From Candidatus Hodarchaeota archaeon (GTDB lineage: Archaea > Asgardarchaeota > Heimdallarchaeia > Hodarchaeales > Hodarchaeaceae), in NCBI GenBank assembly GCA_016839815.1, contig JAEOTM010000183.1, forward strand, positions 1 to 53,952: a DNA stretch of 53,952 nucleotides, given 5' to 3'. Below, piece by piece: positions 27,410 through 37,122 of the stretch (position 1 is the stretch's first letter; each line of letters starts with the position of its first letter). The position numbers were made by a program, and so were the translations under genes. The notes under the pieces were generated by a model, which worked only from the letters and a program-made list of their open reading frames with translations, searched no databases and had not been told where the DNA came from.

Positions 27410-29629
27410 TTAACGTCTTCTCTTACGATAGAAAATAGCCATTACCGAAGCTGCAATTAAGAATGCTGCAAATTCGAATCCAGGTCCACCGTCATCGGTA
27501 GGTTCGTCAGTTGTCGTTGGTTCTGGTTCAGTTTCTGTTCCCGTGGGGGTGGTGTCAGGTTCAGTGGTGGTAGTGGTGGTTTCAGGTTCGACGAATTCGT
27601 ATTTCTCTAATCGCTCCCAGGGTTGATATTCGTTTCTCATGGGGTTGGTAACACTTTCGTAGTCACCTTGGATCCAGTCTTTCCGAACGCCAAGACCATA
27701 TCCTTGGTACAGTGGCATGAATGGATAGTCTAATGAGGCATTCCTTTCAATGTCAAAGTACAATTGTTCACGAACTGCTTGATCTGGTTCAGCTTTAGCG
27801 TCATCAATCATCTGGTTAACAACGGGATTTGTGTAGTTAGTTTGGCCAGCGAAGTATGTTTTGTAGAATGGATCAACATAGTTGTCAGGGTCTGCGTAAT
27901 CAGGTGCCCATCCAATTAAGAATGCTGGGAGGTCCAGTTTAATGGATAAGTATGTAGGCCAGCTAATTTCTCTGATGCTGATACTAATTCCGACATTCAT
28001 TCCTTCAATAGCACTTTCTAACAAGAGCGCAGCAGCTCGACGGACGGTATTACCTTCGTTGAAAGCAATAGTAATTGCGCCTTTCCAGCCTAGTGTTTCA
28101 AAGAGGGATTTTGCACCATCGGGATCGAATACGGGTTGATAACCATCATCGATCAAAGTGTCTAAATGGCCCATAAGACCCTCAGGAATACATCCTTGAG
28201 GAATTATACCAAATCCATTCAATACTTCAGCAATGTAAGCTTCACCATCTAAGGATTTAATAAAGGCTTGACGGAATAAATAGTTCGCAAATGGATTGTT
28301 ATGAACTGCTCTATCATCGGAGAAGGGGGGATTTCCAACTGCTTCACTCCATGCATAAGGATACCAATCACTGGCATTATATGTGGAAAACGATGCTTCT
28401 TCCATCCATTCAGAATCTATGACATCTTTTTGATTCATACCCAAAAACATAACAGTCAATCCAGGATTTTGGTTTACAGTAACACCATCAATGATGGGGT
28501 CAAGAGTACCATCAGCAAGGAAAGCGTCTATATCTATGATTTCGGGGGCAAGTTCAGTCATTCCAGAGGCAAAATCAGTTTCACCTAGTTGTAAATCAAG
28601 TAAACGGGTGGTTGGTACATTGACTGTCTTGATCAAGACAGTATCTACGGCATTTGGCCATGTGCTACCACCTTGTCCACTGACGAAACCTTCCCAAAGT
28701 TCATTCTTTTCTAGCTTGATTGCTTGACCAAATTGGGTTTCAGATGGAACGAGGTAGTAAGGTCCACTTCCACAACCAGATAGGGTCATAGCTTCATGAC
28801 GATAAGAACTATCAACACCAGTGGAGGGAACAACACCAGAGTCTAGGGGATCCCATGCTGGGTCGAAACCAAGCTTGTCAACCATAATTTCAGTGACGTT
28901 CTCGCCAACGAACCAATCGTTAAAGGAAAATTGACCTGAGGTATTATCTGCTAGAGTTCCTGTTCCTGAATCCTGTGTATAGGATGCTGGTGCATTTTCT
29001 GCAATCCATACAGGGTTCACAACGACACCTGCATTAAATGCAAAGATGGTAACTGCAGCTGCATAAGCAAATTCAAGATTAACTCGAACTAAATCATCAG
29101 CAAGTACTTCTACACCGCCAGCAGCAATGTAATCTTGTGCTTCAGATATATTGAGGTCTTGAGCGGAATTGGCACCTGAAATCAGACCATCTAACATCCA
29201 ACCATATCCACTTGGATCGGCCATAATGTTTGTACGATCAATGGAGTATTTTACGTGCCATGCATTGATTTCAATGCCTGTTGATGCTCCTGTTTCTGGG
29301 AGAACGAAATAGTGACCTGGTTCAATTGTGAAGTTGATTGATTGTCCGTCAGGGGCGACAGCCCAGCTTGACGCGACTTCACCTTGAAGATCACTAGGAT
29401 TATGACCGTATGTAATCAAAAATTCATACATACCATCAACTATTCCACCACCAAAGGTTTCATAGCTGCTGCCTGGGTCAAGTGTTTGTGGTTCGGAAAT
29501 TGTTTCGATAATCAATGTATCAGGATAATTGACTTGTGAAACACTTGCAACCACTGGACTTGCGGCATTTGCTAAGAAAACTAAGGTAGTGAAAAACGCA
29601 TAAAGCGTAATTTTACTTTTTAGTTTCAT
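27410..29629 (-). CDS. dppA: Peptide ABC substrate-binding protein (family 5) with Thr-rich linker and PGF-CTERM-like anchor
   Basis: Signal peptide, PQTLDPG, GSGPY and GWAPDYADPDNY. The C-terminus is PETTTTTT...GGPGFEF-TM-YRKRRR. Confidence 0.92.
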   Translation of the reverse strand: MKLKSKITLYAFFTTLVFLANAASPVVASVSQVNYPDTLIIETISEPQTLDPGSSYETFGGGIVDGMYEFLITYGHNPSDLQGEVASSWAVAPDGQSINFTIEPGHYFVLPETGASTGIEINAWHVKYSIDRTNIMADPSGYGWMLDGLISGANSAQDLNISEAQDYIAAGGVEVLADDLVRVNLEFAYAAAVTIFAFNAGVVVNPVWIAENAPASYTQDSGTGTLADNTSGQFSFNDWFVGENVTEIMVDKLGFDPAWDPLDSGVVPSTGVDSSYRHEAMTLSGCGSGPYYLVPSETQFGQAIKLEKNELWEGFVSGQGGSTWPNAVDTVLIKTVNVPTTRLLDLQLGETDFASGMTELAPEIIDIDAFLADGTLDPIIDGVTVNQNPGLTVMFLGMNQKDVIDSEWMEEASFSTYNASDWYPYAWSEAVGNPPFSDDRAVHNNPFANYLFRQAFIKSLDGEAYIAEVLNGFGIIPQGCIPEGLMGHLDTLIDDGYQPVFDPDGAKSLFETLGWKGAITIAFNEGNTVRRAAALLLESAIEGMNVGISISIREISWPTYLSIKLDLPAFLIGWAPDYADPDNYVDPFYKTYFAGQTNYTNPVVNQMIDDAKAEPDQAVREQLYFDIERNASLDYPFMPLYQGYGLGVRKDWIQGDYESVTNPMRNEYQPWERLEKYEFVEPETTTTTTEPDTTPTGTETEPEPTTTDEPTDDGGPGFEFAAFLIAASVMAIFYRKRRR

Positions 29630-30294
29630 TTTGTGAGTACACCTACAAAATATTTCTTTGTATCTTTTAGATATAACCTTGTATTCCTGAAAAGTGTTAA
29701 TTAGACTGCCAGATTATAAATTAAGTATAATATAACAGTGGCTATTGAATAGAATCAAGGTGATACGGGAGTTTATTCCAAAGCAAATCTATAGTTTTTA
29801 GTTTAAATAGATTATGACTGGTGAAGTTCTCAGTTATGACATTCCAATTACACCTAGATAGTATAATGGAATAGTAATTTATTTCATTAGAGGGGTCTAA
29901 TTGAGGATTCTTACGCTAAATGAGGAACTTGATTTAAATAGATGTCCCTTATTTATATTATATAAGTGATTAACTTTGTACTAGATGGGATAATCCATTT
30001 ACTAGGAAACTGGATTAAACTTCATGTTTTAGAATAGATGTTGACCTAGTTCATTTGGTTCATCAAATAAATCATAATTAACTGAGTACGTATTAGTGGA
30101 ATTAGGCAGATTGATTTGTTTCTTTCTCGAAGAAAATATCCCCCTATTATTCTGACTTAAGGTTTTCATGTAATACAAATTGCACTTCCCAGAAAAATTA
30201 AATATAACAAAAATTATAACTCCATTCGGATTTATAAGACATTTACCGTGATTATAAGAAAAACTATGATCTCTCTGCTCATCTTATTTACTTA

Positions 30295-30570
30295 ATGGTG
30301 AAAAATATGCAAATTTCAAAGAAAAATGAACGTTTAATAGTCCAAATTTCCGTTATACTTGCTATACCGATTATCATACTTGCATTAGTATTCTTCTTAG
30401 CTGTTGGAATCCATCAAGACAAAGCAGATTATTATTACAATGGAGGAAGGGTCGCTCTTGCTCAATACTATTCTAATCGAGCGGATGAGGCATTTCTCTA
30501 CAGCATAATATGTGCAGGATTCGCATTTATCTTTCTTAGCACGGCTGTCTTTCTCAAGCGTAGATATTAA
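30295..30570 (+). CDS. Small 2-TM membrane protein
   Basis: Two hydrophobic helices and a basic C-terminus. Confidence 0.6.
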   Translation: MVKNMQISKKNERLIVQISVILAIPIIILALVFFLAVGIHQDKADYYYNGGRVALAQYYSNRADEAFLYSIICAGFAFIFLSTAVFLKRRY

Positions 30571-30603
30571 TTCGCATAAACCTAAGGATAATTGAGTTAA
30601 TCA

Positions 30604-30632
30604 AAGAGAAAACGTAAAAACGGTTTTCTCTT
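30604..30632. terminator. Inverted repeat, possible terminator or operator
   Basis: AAGAGAAAAC-N9-GTTTTCTCTT after the 30295 ORF. Confidence 0.35.
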
Positions 30633-30731
30633 AAATACATTTCAGATTGCAGGGAAATTTATCTCTACCGTATAATCTACCAATAGTGTTGCATCTTCAA
30701 AGTCGTACATCTTATTTGAGGGCTTTCTCTC

Positions 30732-31895
30732 ATGAGTTTCCAATTGAATAACGACATAATTTTAAAAATAAATGATTTAAAATGCTATTATCAATTGAAG
30801 GGGTTTGATTTAACACAAGGATTAGATGCAAAAATTATGGAAATGCTCCAATATCGTCCATCGTTCGAACCTAAGCCCCTCGAGAAACAAGCAATTGAAA
30901 ACTACTGGTCTTTTGGGCGTGAAAAACGAGAACATGATGGAATTGACTATACTTATGAATTGGAACAACTTGTGATTAAAGCTGTTGATGGTACCTCACT
31001 TTCTCTTCATAGAGGTGAATCTATAGGTTTGATAGGTGAGACTGGCTGCGGGAAATCAACCCTGCTTACAGCAATTCTCCAGCTCTTTGCTGATTACCTT
31101 TCACATAAAGAAGGAGAAATCCTTTATTATCCCCCTGACGGCTTAAATCCGATCAATCTTTTATCCCTAAATAATGTAGAAATGAATAATTTGAGAGGAC
31201 TAGTATTTGGTTATATTCCTCAATTACCCAAAGAATCCTTGAATCCGTGGCTAACCATTGGTTTTCAGTCCGGAGAAATTCTTTTAGAGCGACTTTCCTT
31301 AAGACAAGAGACCATTAAAGAGAGAGTCTATGAATATCTGGGAAAAGTAGCTCTTCCTGCGCCTAAAACTAATTATAAAAAATATGTTGATAGTTTGAGT
31401 CATGGACAGGCTCAGCGTGTGTGTATTTCAATGGCTTTGATTGCAGATCCAGAAATTCTCCTAGCAGATGAACCTCTCGCATCACTGGATGCTGTAAATC
31501 AAGCAATAATAATAGACTTAATTCATTCCCTAAAGAAAGACCTAGGTGGCTCTTATATTTTTGCCACTCATAATATTGGAGCAGCAACTCGTCTTGCAGA
31601 TACAATAGCTGTGATGTATGGTGGAGAAGTTGTAGAAATTTGTTCTGTCTCAAAATTTCTGAGTAATCCACTTCATCCTTATTCACAGTGTCTGTTAAAC
31701 GCGTTACCGTGGTATGCTGTAGCAAAAGATGGTCTTTTAGAAGAAATCCCTGGAAAAACTCCAAAGCCAAATGACTGGCCTAGTGGGTGTAAATTCAATC
31801 CCAGATGTAGATATGTAATGGACAAATGTAAATCCCAAAAACCACCTCGGATTTTTACCGAAGATACTTGTGTGGGATGCTTTCTTTACGAATAA
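30732..31895 (+). CDS. Additional DppD-like ABC ATPase with N-terminal insertion
   Basis: GETGCGKS, LSHGQAQR (altered signature), LADEP, HPYS and GCKFNPRC. Confidence 0.88.
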   Translation: MSFQLNNDIILKINDLKCYYQLKGFDLTQGLDAKIMEMLQYRPSFEPKPLEKQAIENYWSFGREKREHDGIDYTYELEQLVIKAVDGTSLSLHRGESIGLIGETGCGKSTLLTAILQLFADYLSHKEGEILYYPPDGLNPINLLSLNNVEMNNLRGLVFGYIPQLPKESLNPWLTIGFQSGEILLERLSLRQETIKERVYEYLGKVALPAPKTNYKKYVDSLSHGQAQRVCISMALIADPEILLADEPLASLDAVNQAIIIDLIHSLKKDLGGSYIFATHNIGAATRLADTIAVMYGGEVVEICSVSKFLSNPLHPYSQCLLNALPWYAVAKDGLLEEIPGKTPKPNDWPSGCKFNPRCRYVMDKCKSQKPPRIFTEDTCVGCFLYE

Positions 31896-31906
31896 ATTCT
31901 TAAACC

Positions 31907-32653
31907 TTATACCTTTGGCAAATCATAATATGTTTGGATTTCTCTTACCCATTCTGAGAAAGATTGTTGATTCGAACATATTTTGTCTACAGTGACTCGA
32001 TATTCCTCCGCAGCAACTTGTGTGGGAATAAATATATAATTCTCTTTTACTTCCCTTGAGGACTGCATTCTAATCATTGGAGCTTCTAATTTGGTTACGG
32101 AATCTGCACACGCTAATTCTAACGCCAATAGATTTAAGAATTCTCTGGCAATAATATCAGGAAAACCGTATTTTCCCATTTTCTCTTGAGGTTTTATTCC
32201 TAGTAACACTAAACTCCACTCCAGGATCCATTGCTCATCTAAATGCCAATATTCAAAAAATTCTTTTCTTTCTGCTCTTATTTCAGATAAAACGACAAAA
32301 TATCTGATCATACATTCCCTCACACTTTTCATTAATTCCAAGCCAGGCCTATCATAAAGATAATTAAATCGAGCTCGTTCTTTACTAAGAATGACCATTA
32401 GTTTTATTATCTCTTCTAATTCTTTATCCGATGAAATCGGAATATACTGGGCCATCTTTTCTAACCACACAACCATTCCCTCAATATCTAAGCTAGAATT
32501 AGGAAATTTAGCGAATGAACGCCGTACATTTTGCTCATCGATAATTTTGCTTGTTTCTTTACTATCTGGAAATTTATTCCTTCTCTGTACTAGATCTTTA
32601 ACATTCCACTCTAAATGACCTCTTTGTTCCATCACATACACCTCTAATATCAA
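31907..32653 (-). CDS. Hypothetical helical protein
   Basis: 248-aa ORF filling the gap. The likely start is ATG 32632, after GAGGTG. Confidence 0.65.
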   Translation of the reverse strand: MILEVYVMEQRGHLEWNVKDLVQRRNKFPDSKETSKIIDEQNVRRSFAKFPNSSLDIEGMVVWLEKMAQYIPISSDKELEEIIKLMVILSKERARFNYLYDRPGLELMKSVRECMIRYFVVLSEIRAERKEFFEYWHLDEQWILEWSLVLLGIKPQEKMGKYGFPDIIAREFLNLLALELACADSVTKLEAPMIRMQSSREVKENYIFIPTQVAAEEYRVTVDKICSNQQSFSEWVREIQTYYDLPKV

Positions 32654-32768
32654 GTATTGTTAATTGATGAATATTAATAACTATTACTTTGGATTGGGAC
32701 ATCATTTCATAAAAGTTTGCGAAGAGTCTAACTGCATCTTTAATCTACCAAGCTCTGGTTGATTCCGC

Positions 32769-35522
32769 TCAAAAGAACCATTCGAAAAAGAACCAATACG
32801 CAAAAATTAGAACCCAGAAATAATAAAGAACAATCAATGCATTAAGTAAAACCTTTAAATAGGTTGGAAATAAGAGTTCTTCTTCTTGCATGAATTTTGG
32901 AAATAATCTTCTTCTTTTTTTCTTCTTCTTATAAATCCTCATTGGCCTTGCCGAGATTGTGGCAATGACTTCTTTGTGACTTGAGCGATATGCAGGTATA
33001 AATGTACTAACGAATGTGAAACCTAAGGACACTAGTAACCAAGTAATTATGTTAACAAGGGGGAGATGCAAAGTAATGGGTATACTGAATGAAATATACC
33101 ACAAAAGCAACCCTGCTCCCAGTATACCATCAAATAACCCGAAAATTATTGCTGAAACTCCGAGTGCGAATGATTCTGCAAGAAAAACAGTAAAAACACC
33201 CCTTTTCGTTAAACCCATACTTCGCATAATCCCCATCTCTCTTTCCATCTGCAAAGTAGATAAAAGAATGCCCACAAATTGCGAAATTCCAGCTAAGATG
33301 AATGACTCCATGAAAAGCACTTGGAAGAGATTTGCTTGAAACTGTAAGCTATTAGTAATGATATTCCGATAAAGATCAATACTAACAACATTGTCACGAT
33401 CGAGAAAAACAAATGAATCTGTTATATTATTTCGAGCTCTTACAACATTTTGGTCTTCATAGATATCACAAATAAAGATTTTAGCTAATGAAGAATTAAA
33501 CAGGGTTCGAAACTTATCGGAGGCTATATATAAATATCTCCCGTTTCCCAAAAATGCATTTCCTTTTATCACAGCTGCTAGAGTAACATTTATTGTACTG
33601 TTTGCTGAATATTTTAACGGTACTTCCTGACCCAGTGGGACATTGAGCGAATTATAAAGAAGATCAGAGATCAACACATTTGTCTGGTTTGTGGAATTTT
33701 CTGCAAGAATTTCATGAGAATCATTATCGAGAACCGAATCAAATACAATCTCCCCGAAGTGTTTATATTGTGATGGTTCCACACCATAAACATAACTATT
33801 TAAGTTTCCTATTTCAGTTCGGGTCTCTTGCAAAAATCCTGACTGCCTAACCATTTCTATAGAATCGAGCTGTTCCGTAAAATTCACTGGTAAAAGGTTA
33901 TTATCACTAGTTTCAATTACGATATCAATAGTTGTTCCCCATTGACCTTCATAATATTGAGGAACACTGGCAATTACTGCAGTGGATACAATACCTACAA
34001 AGATTACAAATGTTAATGCAACAGTGGATGTCATTATCGTAAAGAGTGATCTTTGGAACTCCTTAGCGATGTTCCGCATGGATATCGTTCTAGAAACTTT
34101 ATCAAACATAACAAAGAATCTTTCCCCTATCCTTGGCATAAATATTAATAGCCCCGCCTCTATAAGCAAAGTACCAAGAAACAAGAATATGATCACAAAA
34201 AAGTGACTGGAAAATAACGAGAATTTTAGAAATCTGGCTGGACCTACAAAATAAGAGAGAAGAAATCCTGAAACGGTCAATAATGCTCCAGTATAGACAA
34301 TATACTTCCAATAGTCCTTCATAAGACTGTAGCTATGTGTACTCATCCTTGAATGGATGTTTTGTACAACAGGGACTTTTATACTTAAATATGTGGGATA
34401 TAATCCTGAAAGGAGGGCAACAGTAATCCCTGAAATGAAAATAATTGCTAATGAGGAGGGTTTTGCAATTATTACTTGGAAATCTAAACTTGTGTAGAAT
34501 TGATCGAGGATCCCCACAAGGATGTTCGAAACCGCAATTCCTGATAAAATCCCAAAAATGCTACCTATTACTGAATAAATTAATACTTCGTAGAAGATTA
34601 GGGTGAGTAACTGAGTAGATTTCAATCCCATTGTTCTAAATATTCCATATTCCTTTTGTCGTTCCCTAACGACAATAGCGAGCATATTGGTGGTGAATAA
34701 AAACTCCACTAATAACGAGGAAAGGACTACAAGGTTCATTGCGACAGAATAGGCGCTAATTCCGAGCGCTTGTAGTTCAGAAATGTCTTTTTCTGCAAAA
34801 ACAGAATAGTTTGGTCCAAATTTATCTTTGATAAAATCAGCAGTACTTCGAATTTCTAGAAGATTTTTTACCATCACATCAATTTTGCTTTTTAACGAAT
34901 CAGTCAACTTTGACTCATTAAAAAGAGTTATTATTGTATCTATATCAATCAAAATGACCGCTGACGTTTCACGATTACCAAAGAATGGCGGTACGGTGAA
35001 AATTCCTCCAACTGTAAGATCTATTCCTTTAAAACCGAGCTCAGGTTTTTCATCCAGCTCTAATTTGGATTCCAACCCAATTGCTAATGTTTTTGCTATT
35101 GATTGAGAAATAAGAATAGTCTTATTCTTAGCACTTCTAAACCCTCTGGTTACATTGAGTGTAGGAATATCAGGATGCGTTTTGGAATTAATTCCATAAA
35201 TAAGAACATCTACAGGACTACCAGTTCGATTTGTTATAAAATCACTAGAAATATAATAAACCGCAGAAGCCTTTCTAACTCCAATGGTACTGGAGAGATT
35301 GTCAGCTAGAGTTAAGAGCTCAGGTAAATCCATCCACTTTCTTGGATGAACTGTGATATCAGTGTAATTTTGATTTCTATTATCAAAGAGGAAATCAGTA
35401 TAAATTGTGTCAACAGTGACAATGACAGCTGTTTCTAGAGCCAGAGTCATAGTGATTCCAAGTATCAGAAGGAAAGACCTTTGTTTTGACCTGAAAATAT
35501 TTCGATAGGCGAGCTTAAGCAT
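32769..35522 (-). CDS. FtsX/MacB-type ABC permease (duplicated, 917 aa)
   Basis: KLAYRNIFRSKQRS, ERQKEYGIFRTMG and EREMGIMRSMG, with two large extracellular domains. Confidence 0.9.
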   Translation of the reverse strand: MLKLAYRNIFRSKQRSFLLILGITMTLALETAVIVTVDTIYTDFLFDNRNQNYTDITVHPRKWMDLPELLTLADNLSSTIGVRKASAVYYISSDFITNRTGSPVDVLIYGINSKTHPDIPTLNVTRGFRSAKNKTILISQSIAKTLAIGLESKLELDEKPELGFKGIDLTVGGIFTVPPFFGNRETSAVILIDIDTIITLFNESKLTDSLKSKIDVMVKNLLEIRSTADFIKDKFGPNYSVFAEKDISELQALGISAYSVAMNLVVLSSLLVEFLFTTNMLAIVVRERQKEYGIFRTMGLKSTQLLTLIFYEVLIYSVIGSIFGILSGIAVSNILVGILDQFYTSLDFQVIIAKPSSLAIIFISGITVALLSGLYPTYLSIKVPVVQNIHSRMSTHSYSLMKDYWKYIVYTGALLTVSGFLLSYFVGPARFLKFSLFSSHFFVIIFLFLGTLLIEAGLLIFMPRIGERFFVMFDKVSRTISMRNIAKEFQRSLFTIMTSTVALTFVIFVGIVSTAVIASVPQYYEGQWGTTIDIVIETSDNNLLPVNFTEQLDSIEMVRQSGFLQETRTEIGNLNSYVYGVEPSQYKHFGEIVFDSVLDNDSHEILAENSTNQTNVLISDLLYNSLNVPLGQEVPLKYSANSTINVTLAAVIKGNAFLGNGRYLYIASDKFRTLFNSSLAKIFICDIYEDQNVVRARNNITDSFVFLDRDNVVSIDLYRNIITNSLQFQANLFQVLFMESFILAGISQFVGILLSTLQMEREMGIMRSMGLTKRGVFTVFLAESFALGVSAIIFGLFDGILGAGLLLWYISFSIPITLHLPLVNIITWLLVSLGFTFVSTFIPAYRSSHKEVIATISARPMRIYKKKKKRRRLFPKFMQEEELLFPTYLKVLLNALIVLYYFWVLIFAYWFFFEWFF

Positions 35523-35752
35523 TTATCTCACTGCAGAGGTGCGTGTTCTCTATAGAGAAAGTTTAGAAATTCTATATTAAGAGTGAATCGTTCAGTGCAT
35601 TGAATTTTCACTCATATGGTAAGAATCCTGATAACAAACCATAAGAAAAAGACTCAAAGCATTAGGTACAAAACCTACTAATAAAGAGAATAATTAGTAG
35701 ATTTGAATTTACAATCGTTTTTCCTTAGAAATAACTAAAGGTCGATCTTCCA

Positions 35753-37063
35753 GTGGATGTTCTAACAGGGTATGTATTAACGGGAATTTTCTTTATCATT
35801 TTAGTCATAATAGCTTCTGAGAAGATAGATAAGGTATCTATCACTTTAGTTGGGGTGGTTATTACTATTTTGATAGCTATTTATGCGGATTTAATTCAAG
35901 AAATCCATATTGTATACCAATGGTTTGATATTGAACTTATTATGACTATCATTGGTGTTACGATAATCATGGAAATGTTAAAATCTTCTGGATTGCTAGA
36001 AGTATTTATACTTTACATATTGCGAAGTATTCGTGGTTCCTTTTATGTACTAACCATGATTCTGTCTTTATCTGTAGTAATACTAAGTATGATGATTACG
36101 AATGTGTTAGCACTAATTATTGTCTCATCAATAACAATTTTGATAGCAACTATTGCTGAATTTGACCCAAAACCTATATTATTTCTCGAACTAGTATATT
36201 CGAATCTTGCTGGTATGTTAACACCAATTGCTTCCTATACAGCCGCATATGTATCTCTAGAACAGAATTGGTCTTATCTTGATTTCCTTGTTCTTAGTCT
36301 ACCTTTTGTCGGTATAATGGTGTTAATCACCATACCAATAACGTATATCATGTTTAAAGACTCGTTCCTTGCCATGAAAGAAAAAGAAATGACTTTCGGG
36401 GTTGAGCTTCAGCGTCTGTTACATACAATTGACCCATGGAGTTTTGTAGATTCACGTAAGGATTTCTATAAAGCTTCAATTATTTTTATATTTGTTACAA
36501 TATTTTTAGCTATAGGTACTTCAGTAGGATTTAGAGTAGACATTATTTGCATAGGCGGAGGGGTATTTGTCTTAATTTTTTTTTCCGATCATGTAGATTC
36601 CTTTATAAGAGCAATAGACTGGCCAATGTTGTTCTTCTTGACAGGAATTTTCATAATGTCGGGTCTAATTCAAAAAACAGAACTTCCACGCCTCTTAGAA
36701 GAACCAACCTTGAGGCTAATTCAAATTTCCCCTGAAATAGGTATTGTGACCTTTTCAGGAATTCTTGGAGCGCTAACAAGTATAATTGAAAATATTCCAC
36801 TTATTTTTCTTTTACGACCCTTAATAGACCTATTAAGTACAAATACTGATCCTCGGATTGTATGGTGGGCAATTCTTGCAGTAGTAAATATTACAGACTC
36901 TGTTATTTTAATCAGTAGCGTGAAAGGAATTTACATCATGGAAATGAGTCATAGAGAAGGAGTTCCAATCACTTTCATGGAGTACATTCGATATGGAGTC
37001 ACGATTACAGGAATTCATCTTGGAGCAATGGCACTCTATATTTTTGTCTTATTTCTCCTCTAA
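35753..37063 (+). CDS. ArsB/NhaD/SLC13-family ion transporter
   Basis: About 11-12 TM helices, SNLAGMLTPIA, IDWPMLFFLTG, IIENIP and ITFMEYIRYG. Confidence 0.85.
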   Translation: MDVLTGYVLTGIFFIILVIIASEKIDKVSITLVGVVITILIAIYADLIQEIHIVYQWFDIELIMTIIGVTIIMEMLKSSGLLEVFILYILRSIRGSFYVLTMILSLSVVILSMMITNVLALIIVSSITILIATIAEFDPKPILFLELVYSNLAGMLTPIASYTAAYVSLEQNWSYLDFLVLSLPFVGIMVLITIPITYIMFKDSFLAMKEKEMTFGVELQRLLHTIDPWSFVDSRKDFYKASIIFIFVTIFLAIGTSVGFRVDIICIGGGVFVLIFFSDHVDSFIRAIDWPMLFFLTGIFIMSGLIQKTELPRLLEEPTLRLIQISPEIGIVTFSGILGALTSIIENIPLIFLLRPLIDLLSTNTDPRIVWWAILAVVNITDSVILISSVKGIYIMEMSHREGVPITFMEYIRYGVTITGIHLGAMALYIFVLFLL

Positions 37064-37122
37064 GTGTTGAGCTACATTTATCAAATCTATTCAGTTTTGA
37101 GGAGGATTAGTGTTGGTTCATA

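Noticed and set aside
27505-27590. GGT/ACC-rich repetitive DNA
   Set aside because: Explained by the Thr/Pro/Glu linker of DppA; not a CRISPR or DNA-level repeat.
32769-35522. FtsX-type permease with no adjacent LolD/MacB-type ATPase
   Set aside because: Partners are often encoded elsewhere, and the nearby ATPase is DppD-type. Not unusual enough to report.
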